64,000 nt of DNA from an uncultured Pelagibacteraceae bacterium (GTDB taxonomy: Bacteria > Pseudomonadota > Alphaproteobacteria > Pelagibacterales > Pelagibacteraceae), in contig CACOYX010000002.1 of assembly GCA_902631535.1 (NCBI GenBank), positions 39,570 to 103,569 of the forward strand, read 5' to 3'. Below, piece by piece: positions 29,248 to 39,166 of this stretch. A program made the position numbers and the translations under genes. The notes below the pieces were generated by a model. It worked only from the letters and a program-made list of their open reading frames with translations. It searched no databases and was not told the origin of the DNA. Position 1 is the stretch's first letter. Each line of letters begins with the position of its first letter.

Positions 29248-30936
29248 ATGAAAATTTTTAAACTAAATTTCAAGATTATAGGACATATTTTGTTTGTCAT
29301 TATATTTTTGTCCACATCCTCTGTTAAATCTTTGGATAAGTTTAACGGAGCAGATCGAGTATCTGACTATTTCTCTGGAATATTACTGTTAAATGATAAT
29401 CAATATGACAACTCCCTAAAATATTTAAAAAAATTAAATGGTTTAGAAAAATCCCATACTAATTATTCAATTAAATATTTTTACTCATTGGTTAATTCCG
29501 GAAATTTAAAAGAGGCATTCAATTATTCTAGAAAACTAGAAAAATTAAAACTAGATAGCTTTGAAAGCCATTTAATAACAGGAGTTTTTTATCTAAAAAA
29601 AAGAAATATTGAAAAAGCTCGGCAATATTTTCTTAAGGCTAAAATTAAAAATTCAGGATTTATTTTAAATAATTACGTTTCAAATTCACTTTACAATTGG
29701 TCAAATTTATCAAACTTAAATCAAGCAACTTCTGATCTAAAAAAATTAGACAAAAGATTTACTAATCTAAAAAAAATACAAAACGTTTTTCTGAACTGTT
29801 ACTTTAATAGTTCAAATACTAAAGATCTATTTTTTGAAATTACATCAAATCAAAATGCTGATTTTTCAAGATATAACTATTTTTATGCATCATACTTAGC
29901 TTCCACTGGAAAAGTAGAGTCCGCAAGCAGTGTAATTAATGAAGCGTTAAAACTTTATCCAAGAAATTTATTACTCAATCAATACAGAATTGATTTAATA
30001 AAAGATCATAATACAAAAGCTTTTGATTGCACTAAAGAAGAACATGTTATTGCGGAGATACTTTATATTACAGCCAACGCATTATCCTCGCAGTCAATAT
30101 ACTCCCTATCAAATTTTTATCTGAATTTAGCAAAGTATCTTAATGAAGATTTTCATTCTTACGATACATTATTAGCTGAAAACTTCTATAAAACAAATAA
30201 TTACATAAGAGCAAAAAAAATTTATAATAATCTAAGTCAGTATGGAGAAGCTTTTAATTGGTACTCATCTAAACAATTAGCAAGAATTTACATAAAAACT
30301 GAAAAAAAAAAAGATGCATTAGAACTTTTGAAAAATTCATATGATAATTTACTTAAGAAAGATATTTATGAAACTTTTGATTATGCAGAATTTTTAAAAA
30401 ATAATGAAAAATTTAAAGAGTCAATTCCACTTTATACAGAAATAATTAATCAAGTAGAAACGAAACACCCTCTTTATCCTGAAGCGACTGACGGTAGAGG
30501 GGTTGCATATGAGAGAATAGGTGATTGGGATAAAGCAGAAAAAGATTTATTAACCTCATTAAAAATTGATCCAGAACAAGCATATGTAATTAATTACTTA
30601 GCTTATTCTTGGATTGAACAAGGAGTGAAAATAAAAAAATCTTTAGATATGTTAGAAAGAGCAAATAAACTTAGGTCAAATGATCCCTATATTACAGACT
30701 CTCTTGGTTGGGCCTTATTTAAACTTGAAAGATATAAAGAAGCTAAAGATTATCTCCAATTAGCTGTAAAATTAATGCCAGCCGACCCAATAGTAAATGA
30801 TCACTATGGTGATGCATTATGGAAAAATGGAAATCATATTCAAGCTAGGTACTATTGGGACTATGTTCTAAAGCTTGATAAAACTGAAGATGATTTAAAA
30901 AAAATTATTAAAGAAAAATTAATTAAAGGCTTATAA
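29248..30936 (+). CDS. exported tetratricopeptide repeat protein
   Basis: Signal peptide; C-terminal TPRs with NYLAYSW, DSLGW, NDHYGD.LW; typical neighbour of ispE. Confidence 0.85.
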   Translation: MKIFKLNFKIIGHILFVIIFLSTSSVKSLDKFNGADRVSDYFSGILLLNDNQYDNSLKYLKKLNGLEKSHTNYSIKYFYSLVNSGNLKEAFNYSRKLEKLKLDSFESHLITGVFYLKKRNIEKARQYFLKAKIKNSGFILNNYVSNSLYNWSNLSNLNQATSDLKKLDKRFTNLKKIQNVFLNCYFNSSNTKDLFFEITSNQNADFSRYNYFYASYLASTGKVESASSVINEALKLYPRNLLLNQYRIDLIKDHNTKAFDCTKEEHVIAEILYITANALSSQSIYSLSNFYLNLAKYLNEDFHSYDTLLAENFYKTNNYIRAKKIYNNLSQYGEAFNWYSSKQLARIYIKTEKKKDALELLKNSYDNLLKKDIYETFDYAEFLKNNEKFKESIPLYTEIINQVETKHPLYPEATDGRGVAYERIGDWDKAEKDLLTSLKIDPEQAYVINYLAYSWIEQGVKIKKSLDMLERANKLRSNDPYITDSLGWALFKLERYKEAKDYLQLAVKLMPADPIVNDHYGDALWKNGNHIQARYYWDYVLKLDKTEDDLKKIIKEKLIKGL

Positions 30937-30939
30937 ATT

Positions 30940-31773
30940 GTGAATATAAAGTCTTATTCAAAAATTAATTTAGCATTAAAAGTAAATTCTAAATCTAAAA
31001 ATAGTTTACATGAAATACAATCTATTTATTGTTGGATAAATCTTTCAGATAAGATCACAATTAATAAAATAAAAAATAACAAGGACTCAATTAGATTTAA
31101 GGGCCCTTTTGCAAAATTGGTAAATAAAGAAAATTCTGTTTTAAATCTCCTTAAAAAGATGAGAGAATTAAAATTAATTTCAAATTATTATTCTATTACA
31201 ATCACTAAAAATATTCCTGTTTTTGGCGGTTTAGGAGGGGGTACTAGTAATGCAGCTTTTATACTTAAATACTTACTAAAGAAAAAAATGAGCCATAACT
31301 TATTGAGAAAATTTATAAATATTATTGGATCTGATTTAATACTTTTTTTCAAAAAACAGGGTTTCTTAAAAAATTTAAAGACAATAGTTGAATTAAAAGA
31401 AAGACAAAAATTTTATTTTGTACTCACACAACCGAAAATAAAATGTTCATCAAAAGAGATATATTCAAGTGTAAATAAGTTTACAAAAAAAGAAAAATTC
31501 AATAAGAATATATTAAAATCAAAAGATAAATTTTTGGAATATTTAGTAAAAAATAGAAATGATTTACAATTAATTGTTGAAAGAAAATATCCTTTTTTTA
31601 AAAAATTATTAACAGATATTGCGAATGAGAAAGGGTGTAGCTTCTCAAGGATGACTGGTTCTGGGTCAGTATGCTATGGTTTATTTAAGGATCAAATTGA
31701 CGCAAAAAAAGCCCTGAATAAATTAAAAAAAAAATATCCTAAATTTTGGTTTTCATTTGCAAAAACTGTTTAA
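30940..31773 (+). CDS. ispE: CDP-ME kinase
   Basis: KINLAL, KNIP..GGLGGGTSNAA, GSD, NDLQ, MTGSGS; GTG start. Confidence 0.92.
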   Translation: MNIKSYSKINLALKVNSKSKNSLHEIQSIYCWINLSDKITINKIKNNKDSIRFKGPFAKLVNKENSVLNLLKKMRELKLISNYYSITITKNIPVFGGLGGGTSNAAFILKYLLKKKMSHNLLRKFINIIGSDLILFFKKQGFLKNLKTIVELKERQKFYFVLTQPKIKCSSKEIYSSVNKFTKKEKFNKNILKSKDKFLEYLVKNRNDLQLIVERKYPFFKKLLTDIANEKGCSFSRMTGSGSVCYGLFKDQIDAKKALNKLKKKYPKFWFSFAKTV

Positions 31774-31809
31774 TTTTTGTGATATATGATATATCAACTT
31801 TCTTACTAT

Positions 31810-31883
31810 TGGGGCATAGCCAAGCGGTAAGGCAGCGGTTTTTGATACCGCCATCCTAGGTTCGAATCCTAGTGCCCCAGCCA
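31810..31883 (+). tRNA. tRNA-Gln(UUG)
   Basis: TGGGGCA/TGCCCCA acceptor stem, D arm GCC-AAGCGGTAA-GGC, anticodon arm GCGGT-TTTTGAT-ACCGC, T arm CTAGG-TTCGAAT-CCTAG, encoded CCA. Confidence 0.97.
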
Positions 31884-31888
31884 AAATT

Positions 31889-33151
31889 ATGTTTAATATA
31901 AGTTTCAACTTTATAAATAAAATTAAAAGAAACTTATTTCCTTTTTATAAAAATAAAGAATTAAGAATTATTTTTAATAAAATCCAGGAGGGTTACTCAC
32001 CAGATATTGTAACTGCCAGATTTGTTGGTGGCTGTGTTAGAAAATATCTAACTAATGAAAAAATTGACGATATTGATGTAGCTACAATATTAAGCACTAA
32101 GGAAATAAAAGATAAATTTAAAGATACAAATTTTAAAGTTTTTGAAACTGGAGTTGAACATGGAACAGTAACTCTTGTATCTAAAAATTATAAAGTTGAA
32201 TTGACTACTCTAAGAAAAGACGTAAAGACAGATGGTAGACATGCAGAGGTAGAGTATATTGATGATTGGAAACTTGACTCTGAGAGGAGAGATTTTACTA
32301 TTAATGCTATTTATCTTGATATTAACGGGAAAGTATATGACCCCCAAATGGGAAGGTTTGATTTAAAAAATAATAATATAAAGTTTATTGGAGATCCACA
32401 AAAAAGAGTCGAAGAGGATTATTTGCGGATCATTCGTTTTATACGTTTTAAAATAATGTATAATAGCAATGTTGAAATAACAACTAGCTCTGCAATTAAA
32501 CAAAATCTAAATGGAATTAAAAAAATTTCAAAAGAGAGAATTTTGTTAGAATTATTTAAAATTTTAGATCTAAAAAACTTTGTTGATATAAATGAAAGCA
32601 ACTATTTAAAAGAAATCTTTATTCTTATTTTTCCTGAATTAGATAACTTAAAACGTCTTGATCGATTAAAAAAAATTTGTGATCATTCACAAATTAATAA
32701 AGAGCTTTTACTAGCTATCTTGCTAATTGATGACAAAAACAGTCATGAATACTTTGGGCATAAGTACAATGTTTCAAACAATATAAAAAACAACTTACAT
32801 TTATTAGCTAAAAATTACGAATTTTTAAGAGAAAATAAAAATTTTTTTACTAAAGACTTAGAGAAAAATGTTTATTTGTATAAAAAAGATAACTTAATTA
32901 ACTTAAATATTTTAAACTTTGTAATAAATGCAAAACTCAAATTTGAAGATTTTTCTGAGACTTTAAATAAAATACTTAAATCTAAAACTCATCAGTTTAA
33001 TTTTGATGGAAAATATTTAATGGAAAATGGAATGAGGCAAGGTTCATTAATAGGTAAAGTTTTAAAACAAATTGAGGAAGAATGGATTAATAATAATTTT
33101 CAAATAAGCAAAGATCGAGTTAAAGAAATTATTAAGCTAAGTACAAATTAA
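31889..33151 (+). CDS. cca: CCA tRNA nucleotidyltransferase (class II)
   Basis: VGGCVR, DIDVAT, TTLRKD..TDGRHA, RRDFTINA, EDYLRIIR. Confidence 0.9.
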   Translation: MFNISFNFINKIKRNLFPFYKNKELRIIFNKIQEGYSPDIVTARFVGGCVRKYLTNEKIDDIDVATILSTKEIKDKFKDTNFKVFETGVEHGTVTLVSKNYKVELTTLRKDVKTDGRHAEVEYIDDWKLDSERRDFTINAIYLDINGKVYDPQMGRFDLKNNNIKFIGDPQKRVEEDYLRIIRFIRFKIMYNSNVEITTSSAIKQNLNGIKKISKERILLELFKILDLKNFVDINESNYLKEIFILIFPELDNLKRLDRLKKICDHSQINKELLLAILLIDDKNSHEYFGHKYNVSNNIKNNLHLLAKNYEFLRENKNFFTKDLEKNVYLYKKDNLINLNILNFVINAKLKFEDFSETLNKILKSKTHQFNFDGKYLMENGMRQGSLIGKVLKQIEEEWINNNFQISKDRVKEIIKLSTN

Positions 33152-33624
33152 ATATATTCAACCTCTAATATCTCAAAATTTTTTTCACCCGACGGTGTAT
33201 TTACAATTACCATCTCACCTTTATCTTTACCAATTAGAGCTTTTCCAATTGGACTTTTAAAAAATATTAAACCTTTTTTTATATCTGCTTCGTCTTGTCC
33301 AACTAATTTATAATTAATTTTTTTTTTAGTATCCAAGTCTTGTAATTTTACCGTTGAACCAAAGATTACTTTTCCATCATTCTCAATCTTTGTTACATCA
33401 ATTACGTTTGCACGTGCAATTAAATCGTTAATAGCAATCACTCTACTCTCAATTAAAGCCTGTTGTTCTTTTGCTGCATGGTACTCAGCGTTTTCTTTTA
33501 AATCACCATGAGATCTGGCCTCAGCTATAGCTTCGACAACTTTTGGTCTTTGTACATTTTTTAAATCTTCTAATTCTGTTTTTAAATTTTCAAGACCGTT
33601 TACTGTTATAGGTTCTTTATCCAT
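33148..33624 (-). CDS. greA: transcription elongation factor GreA
   Basis: ARSHGDLKENAEYHAAKE, SPIGKAL; start probably MDKEP at 33624. Confidence 0.97.
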   Translation of the reverse strand: MDKEPITVNGLENLKTELEDLKNVQRPKVVEAIAEARSHGDLKENAEYHAAKEQQALIESRVIAINDLIARANVIDVTKIENDGKVIFGSTVKLQDLDTKKKINYKLVGQDEADIKKGLIFFKSPIGKALIGKDKGEMVIVNTPSGEKNFEILEVEYI

Positions 33625-33626
33625 AA

Positions 33627-34451
33627 TCATTTCCATTTAGCTTCAGGAGGTAATGACATTAAAATAGAATCAGTGTTGCCTCCAGAATTCAAACCAAATT
33701 TAGTTCCTCTATCATATAAAAGATTAAACTCTACATATCTACCACGTTTAAGTAATTGTTTTTCTTTATCTTTTTTTGAGTATTTTAATTTTTGTTTTCG
33801 ATGAATCAATTTATTTGAAATATCAATAAAAGCTAATCCAAGTTCTCTTACAAATTTAAAGTTTTTAATCCAATCTTTAGTTTCATAGTCAAAAAAAATA
33901 CCACCGATGCCTCTAGCTTCTTTTCTATGGGGTAGATAAAAATATTCATCACACCATTCTTTATATTTTTTATAATTTTTTTTATTTTGTAAGCAAATTT
34001 TTTTAAGAGCATCATGAACAATTTGACTCTCTTTTTTATCCTCATGACTAGGCGTGACATCCATTCCTCCTCCGAACCATTCTTTAGATGTTACAATAAA
34101 TCTTGTGTTGAAATGAATTGCAGGCATCTTCGGGTTTTTCATGTGAGCAACTACAGAAACACCTGAAGCCCAATACTTGCCATGATTTTCAGCCCCCAGT
34201 ATGCTATTTCTAAATTTTTTTGGAAATGTACCTGATACGGTTGATTTGTTAACTCCAACTTTATCAAAAATTTTTCCATTAGTTAATAAATAAGAAGTCC
34301 CACCACCTTCTTTGGTATTTTTTTTAAACCAATCTCTTTTAGAAAATTTCGATTTATTTTTTTCTAGTATTTCGAAAGATTTACAAATTTGAATTTGTAA
34401 GTACGAGAACCAACTATCAACAATTTTTTTTTTATAATCAGGTGAATTCAT
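33627..34451 (-). CDS. hemF: oxygen-dependent coproporphyrinogen III oxidase
   Basis: H.NTRF, WFGGG.D.TP, CDEYF, RG.GGIFFD, RGRYVEFNL.YDRGT.FGL. Confidence 0.97.
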   Translation of the reverse strand: MNSPDYKKKIVDSWFSYLQIQICKSFEILEKNKSKFSKRDWFKKNTKEGGGTSYLLTNGKIFDKVGVNKSTVSGTFPKKFRNSILGAENHGKYWASGVSVVAHMKNPKMPAIHFNTRFIVTSKEWFGGGMDVTPSHEDKKESQIVHDALKKICLQNKKNYKKYKEWCDEYFYLPHRKEARGIGGIFFDYETKDWIKNFKFVRELGLAFIDISNKLIHRKQKLKYSKKDKEKQLLKRGRYVEFNLLYDRGTKFGLNSGGNTDSILMSLPPEAKWK

Positions 34452-34900
34452 TATTTTAATAAATTATTTTGTCTAAGAGCTTCAGCAGAAACGATAGCAA
34501 CACTCATTGCAATATTAAGTGATCTAGTTTTTTTATTCATTGGAATCTTCACTTTATTTTTAATTGTTTTATGAAGACTTTCTGGAACCCCAGAACTTTC
34601 TCTTCCAAATAAAAGAATATCATCCTTTTTGAAAATAAATCTATTATAGTTTTTCTTAGCCTTGGTTGTCATGAGTACAATTCTTTTATCCTTATTCTTG
34701 TTTAAAAATTTATCATAACACTCGTACTTAAATATTTTACTAAATCCTAAATAATCCATTACTACCCGTTTAAATCTTGCGTCATGTAAATTAAAACCAC
34801 AAGGTTCAATAATGTGAATTTTAAGGCTCAAACAAGCGCTCAATCTTATTATGGCTGCTGTATTTTGAGGTATATCGGGTTTATATAGAGCTATGTGCAT
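34451..34900 (-). CDS. trmL: tRNA (cytidine/uridine-34 2'-O)-methyltransferase, SpoU family
   Basis: PDIPQNT, IEPCGF, MDY, FGRESSG, IPM..RSLN. Confidence 0.9.
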   Translation of the reverse strand: MHIALYKPDIPQNTAAIIRLSACLSLKIHIIEPCGFNLHDARFKRVVMDYLGFSKIFKYECYDKFLNKNKDKRIVLMTTKAKKNYNRFIFKKDDILLFGRESSGVPESLHKTIKNKVKIPMNKKTRSLNIAMSVAIVSAEALRQNNLLK

Positions 34901-34989
34901 TATTATTGCTTAATTTATGTGTCATTCTGACCCTAGAGTATTTAAAAACATAGTTTAAATAAATATATACATTATAAACACAAACATTA

Positions 34990-35511
34990 ATGAGCAAAGA
35001 AGAAAAAAAAGTAAATCGAAGAGATTTTTTATTTACAGCTAGCTATACTATCGGGGCTGTTGGTCTCGGAGCTGTCGTGTGGCCGTTAGTCCATCAAATG
35101 AACCCGGATAAAGCTCAACAAGCTTTAGCAACAACCGAGGTTGATGTTAGCCAGGTCGAACCAGGAAATTCTATAACTGTACTTTGGAGAGGAAAGCCAG
35201 TATTTTTAAAAAGAAGAACACAAGAAGAAATAGCTGAAGCAAGAGCGGTTAGTATGTCTGATTTACCTGACCCACAAAAAGATGAAGAAAGAGTAAAAGA
35301 TGGAAAAGATGAATGGTTAGTAATGTTAGGAGTTTGCACTCACTTAGGTTGCGTGCCATTAAAAGATAAAGGTGATTATAATGGTTGGTTTTGCCCTTGT
35401 CATGGATCACATTACGATGTATCTGGAAGAATTAGAAAAGGACCTGCTCCAACAAATATGGAAATTCCAAAGTATGAATTTGTAGATAACAATACGATTA
35501 AAATAGGATAA
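34990..35511 (+). CDS. petA: bc1 Rieske iron-sulfur subunit
   Basis: Tat motif RRDFL, CTHLGC, CPCHGS. Confidence 0.98.
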   Translation: MSKEEKKVNRRDFLFTASYTIGAVGLGAVVWPLVHQMNPDKAQQALATTEVDVSQVEPGNSITVLWRGKPVFLKRRTQEEIAEARAVSMSDLPDPQKDEERVKDGKDEWLVMLGVCTHLGCVPLKDKGDYNGWFCPCHGSHYDVSGRIRKGPAPTNMEIPKYEFVDNNTIKIG

Positions 35512-35517
35512 AAATTT

Positions 35518-36777
35518 ATGAGCGATCAAGAATACATACCAAAGTCTAAAGCAGGAAAATGGTTTAATGACCGACTTCCACTTTTAACTTTGGGTGCTCA
35601 CCTCACAGATTACCCGACACCAAAAAATTTGAACTATTGGTGGACATTTGGTGGTATTTTGACCTTTTGCTTATTAACCCAAATAATTACAGGAATAGTT
35701 TTAGCTATGCATTATGTTGCTCACGCTGATTTAGCTTTTGCTAGTGTTGAACATATCATGAGAGATGTAAATTATGGTTGGTTAATTCGATATATTCATA
35801 GCAATGGAGCTTCAATGTTCTTTCTTGCAGTTTACATTCATATTTTTAGGTCTTTATTTTATGGATCATACAAGTCTCCTAGAGAAGTAATTTGGATTAT
35901 TGGACTTTTAATTTACCTTTTAATGATGGCTGCTGCTTTTATGGGTTATGTTTTACCTTGGGGACAAATGAGTTTTTGGGGAGCAACTGTAATTACAAAT
36001 TTGTTCAGCGCAATTCCTCTTGTAGGTGATAGCATAACGACATGGTTATGGGGAGCATACTCGGTAGATAATCCGACTTTAAATAGATTTTTTAGTTTGC
36101 ATTATTTAATACCATTTTTAATTTTAGGATTAGTTGTTTTACATATTTGGGCGCTTCATGTACCTGGAAATAATAATCCTGTAGGAATAGATATAAAAAA
36201 ACCTTCTAAAGACACTGTTCCATTTCATCCATACATTACTATAAAAGATGCTTTTGCATTATTAATGTTTATGATTATCTTCGCGGGTTTTGTATTCTTT
36301 TCACCAAATGTTCTAGGTCATTCTGATAATTATATACCCGCAAATCCACTTGTTACACCAGCTCACATTGTGCCGGAATGGTATTTATTACCTTTTTATG
36401 CAATCCTCAGATCTGTACCAGATAAGTTAGGCGGAGTGATTTTAATGTTTGGAGCAATATTTATATTGTTTGTTTTACCGTGGTTGGACACTTCTAAAGT
36501 CAGGTCAGCAGTATTTAGACCAATCTACAGACAATTTTATTGGATATTTGTCTTAGACGTATTGATGCTTGGTTATATGGGTGCAATGCCTGCAGAAGGC
36601 ATCTATTTAGTTTTAGCTAGAGTGGGCACTATTTATTATTTTGCTCACTTTATTATTGTAATGCCCGTAGTAGGACTATTAGAGAAAACTGATCCAATTC
36701 CTATGAGTATCTCAGAACCAGTTTTAACTGGTGGCGCAGATCCAGCACTCGCTAGGAAGGATAATGAAAAGATTTAA
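35518..36777 (+). CDS. petB: cytochrome b
   Basis: [25 protein letters not shown]. Confidence 0.99.
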   Translation: MSDQEYIPKSKAGKWFNDRLPLLTLGAHLTDYPTPKNLNYWWTFGGILTFCLLTQIITGIVLAMHYVAHADLAFASVEHIMRDVNYGWLIRYIHSNGASMFFLAVYIHIFRSLFYGSYKSPREVIWIIGLLIYLLMMAAAFMGYVLPWGQMSFWGATVITNLFSAIPLVGDSITTWLWGAYSVDNPTLNRFFSLHYLIPFLILGLVVLHIWALHVPGNNNPVGIDIKKPSKDTVPFHPYITIKDAFALLMFMIIFAGFVFFSPNVLGHSDNYIPANPLVTPAHIVPEWYLLPFYAILRSVPDKLGGVILMFGAIFILFVLPWLDTSKVRSAVFRPIYRQFYWIFVLDVLMLGYMGAMPAEGIYLVLARVGTIYYFAHFIIVMPVVGLLEKTDPIPMSISEPVLTGGADPALARKDNEKI

Positions 36778-37552
36778 TATTAAAAGTCTTTTATTTATCG
36801 CTATTTTATTAGCAGCTTCTTTTAATAAACTTTATAGTGCCGGCGGGGAGACTGAGCCATTAAAGGTCGACTGGAGTTTTAAGGGTATAACCGGTAAATT
36901 TGATAGAGCTTCATTACAACGAGGATTTCAAGTTTATAAGGAAGTCTGTTCTTCTTGCCATTCCATGCAGTACTTAAGTTATAGAAATCTTGGTGAACCT
37001 GGTGGCCCAGAGTTTTCAAAACAAGAGGTAAAAGCAATTGCAGCAAGTGTAGAGATTACTGACGGTCCAAATGACCAAGGTGAAATGTTTACAAGACCAG
37101 GAAGACCTGCAGACAAATTTAAAAATCCATACCCAAATGTGAAAGCTTCTATTGCTGCAAACGGTGGAGCCTATCCACCTGATATGTCAGTACTAGTAAA
37201 GGCAAGACCAGGAGGTTCTAACTATATTTATTCAGTTTTAGTTGGATATGAAGATCCACCAGAAGGCATAACATTGGATGATGGTGTTTATTATAATAAA
37301 TATATGATCGGTAATAAGATTAAAATGTCATCTCCTTTAAGTGACGATATTGTTGAGTATTCAGATGGAACACAAGCTACAGTAGATCAAATGGCTAAGG
37401 ACGTTACAACATTTTTATCTTGGGCTGCTGAACCTGAATTAGAAGAAAGACACAGAACAGGTGTAAAAGTAATTATCTATTTAGTTCTTTTAACTACTTT
37501 AGTTTATTTAAGCATGAAGAAAATTTGGTCACGGGTTGACACGGAAGTATAA
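36764..37552 (+). CDS. petC: cytochrome c1
   Basis: RGFQVY.EVCSSCH, PPDMS, C-terminal TM; likely start ATG 36764. Confidence 0.97.
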   Translation: MKRFNIKSLLFIAILLAASFNKLYSAGGETEPLKVDWSFKGITGKFDRASLQRGFQVYKEVCSSCHSMQYLSYRNLGEPGGPEFSKQEVKAIAASVEITDGPNDQGEMFTRPGRPADKFKNPYPNVKASIAANGGAYPPDMSVLVKARPGGSNYIYSVLVGYEDPPEGITLDDGVYYNKYMIGNKIKMSSPLSDDIVEYSDGTQATVDQMAKDVTTFLSWAAEPELEERHRTGVKVIIYLVLLTTLVYLSMKKIWSRVDTEV

Positions 37553-38599
37553 GACGTCTCCATCTTTTACAATATAATCTTTACCTTCAATTCTAAGTTT
37601 TCCATTTTCTCTACATTTTTCTGCACTGCCAAACTTTATAAAATCTTCACATGTTACGGCTTCTGCTCGAATAAAATTTTTTTCAAAATCAGTATGAATT
37701 ATACTCGCTGCTTGTGGTGCTAAAGTATTTTTTTTAATTGTCCAAGCTCTACTTTCCTCAGGCCCAGATGTAAAAAATGTATCTAGGTTTAAAAGATCAT
37801 AACCTTCTTTGATTAATTGATTTAAGCCAGTTTTATTTAGACCTATCTCTTTCATGAAAGTCTCTCTTTCATTATTGTCTAATCCCATGATTTGATCTTC
37901 AATATCGGCACAAATAGTTATAATTTTCTCATCAGTGTATTTACTTTTTACTACTTCTGTAAAAGCATTACCTGTTGCTAAGCTTTCTTCATCAACATTA
38001 CAAACTATAATTTTTGGTTTAATACTTAACAAACCCAGTGTCATTAAAAATTTTTTCTCAAATTCATCATTTATAGATACTTCATTTCCCGTATCTAGTA
38101 ACTTCAATTTCTCTTCAAGTACCTTTATTTCTTTTTCTTGTAGTAATTTTTTTTTACCTTTTTCAAGTTTTTTTTGAACAATATCTAGATCAGAGAGTAT
38201 TATTTCTGTTCTAATTGTTTCAAGATCTTCAACTGGATTTATTTTTGAGTTAACATGAGTAATTTTTTCAGACTCAAAACATCTTACTAAGTGAATAATG
38301 GCGTCCACTTCTCTTATATGAGAAAGAAATTTATTTCCTAAACCTTCTCCTTTTGATGCTCCTTTGACTAATCCCGCAATGTCAACGAAAGTTATATTTG
38401 TATATATTTTTTTTCTAGAATTAGATAATTTGGTTAATTCATCAAGTCTTTCATCAATGACATCAACAACTCCTATATTTGGATCAATAGTACAGAAAGG
38501 AAAATTTGCTGCCTCAGCATTTTTGGATGCTGTTAAAGCATTAAATAATGTAGACTTCCCTACATTAGGAAGTCCAACAATTCCACATTTAAATCCCAT
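37529..38599 (-). CDS. ychF: ribosome-binding ATPase YchF
   Basis: GLPNVGKS, NFPFCTI, DIAG, GLGNKFL, TGS domain. Confidence 0.97.
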   Translation of the reverse strand: MGFKCGIVGLPNVGKSTLFNALTASKNAEAANFPFCTIDPNIGVVDVIDERLDELTKLSNSRKKIYTNITFVDIAGLVKGASKGEGLGNKFLSHIREVDAIIHLVRCFESEKITHVNSKINPVEDLETIRTEIILSDLDIVQKKLEKGKKKLLQEKEIKVLEEKLKLLDTGNEVSINDEFEKKFLMTLGLLSIKPKIIVCNVDEESLATGNAFTEVVKSKYTDEKIITICADIEDQIMGLDNNERETFMKEIGLNKTGLNQLIKEGYDLLNLDTFFTSGPEESRAWTIKKNTLAPQAASIIHTDFEKNFIRAEAVTCEDFIKFGSAEKCRENGKLRIEGKDYIVKDGDVLYFRVNP

Positions 38600-39161
38600 T
38601 AAGGTCTTGATTTACTTTACTTGAAAACAGATCTATTTTTTTCTCTATTAAGGTAGGAAGTTGCTTTACAATATTTTCTGTAATTTCATTTATCTTTTCC
38701 TCTTCGTCCTCTTTAAAATCCTCTAAAACATGACTATTAACTTTTTTCTTTTGTTTTGGATGACCAATTCCTATACGCACTCGTGAATAATCTTTACCAA
38801 TAAATTTATCTATAGACTCAATACCGTTATGGCCAGCACTACTGCCCCCAAACTTAGCCTTAATTTTTCCAAAATCTATATCCATATCATCATGGAAAAC
38901 AAAAACATCTTTCGCATCAATTTTAAAATAATCAATTAGTTCTTTAATAGCTGTTCCAGAATTATTCATAAAAGTTAATGGTTTGATAGCATAGATTTTT
39001 TTTTGGTCTATGTTACCTGTCGTAAGCAAACCTTTAAATTTAGGTTTTTGTTTAGAAAGTTTAAATTGAGCGTTTATTGCATCAATAATTTTAAAACCAA
39101 TGTTGTGTCTAGTATTAGTATAGTTGGATCCGGGATTTCCTAATCCGACAAGTAAAAGCAT
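38589..39161 (-). CDS. pth: peptidyl-tRNA hydrolase
   Basis: GLGNPG, TRHNIG, FMNNSG, HDD, GHNG, RIGIG. Confidence 0.97.
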   Translation of the reverse strand: MLLLVGLGNPGSNYTNTRHNIGFKIIDAINAQFKLSKQKPKFKGLLTTGNIDQKKIYAIKPLTFMNNSGTAIKELIDYFKIDAKDVFVFHDDMDIDFGKIKAKFGGSSAGHNGIESIDKFIGKDYSRVRIGIGHPKQKKKVNSHVLEDFKEDEEEKINEITENIVKQLPTLIEKKIDLFSSKVNQDLNGI

Positions 39162-39166
39162 AATAA

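Noticed and set aside
31810-31883. tRNA-Gln as an integration site
   Set aside because: No integrase, no duplicated tRNA 3' end seen, and core genes on both sides.
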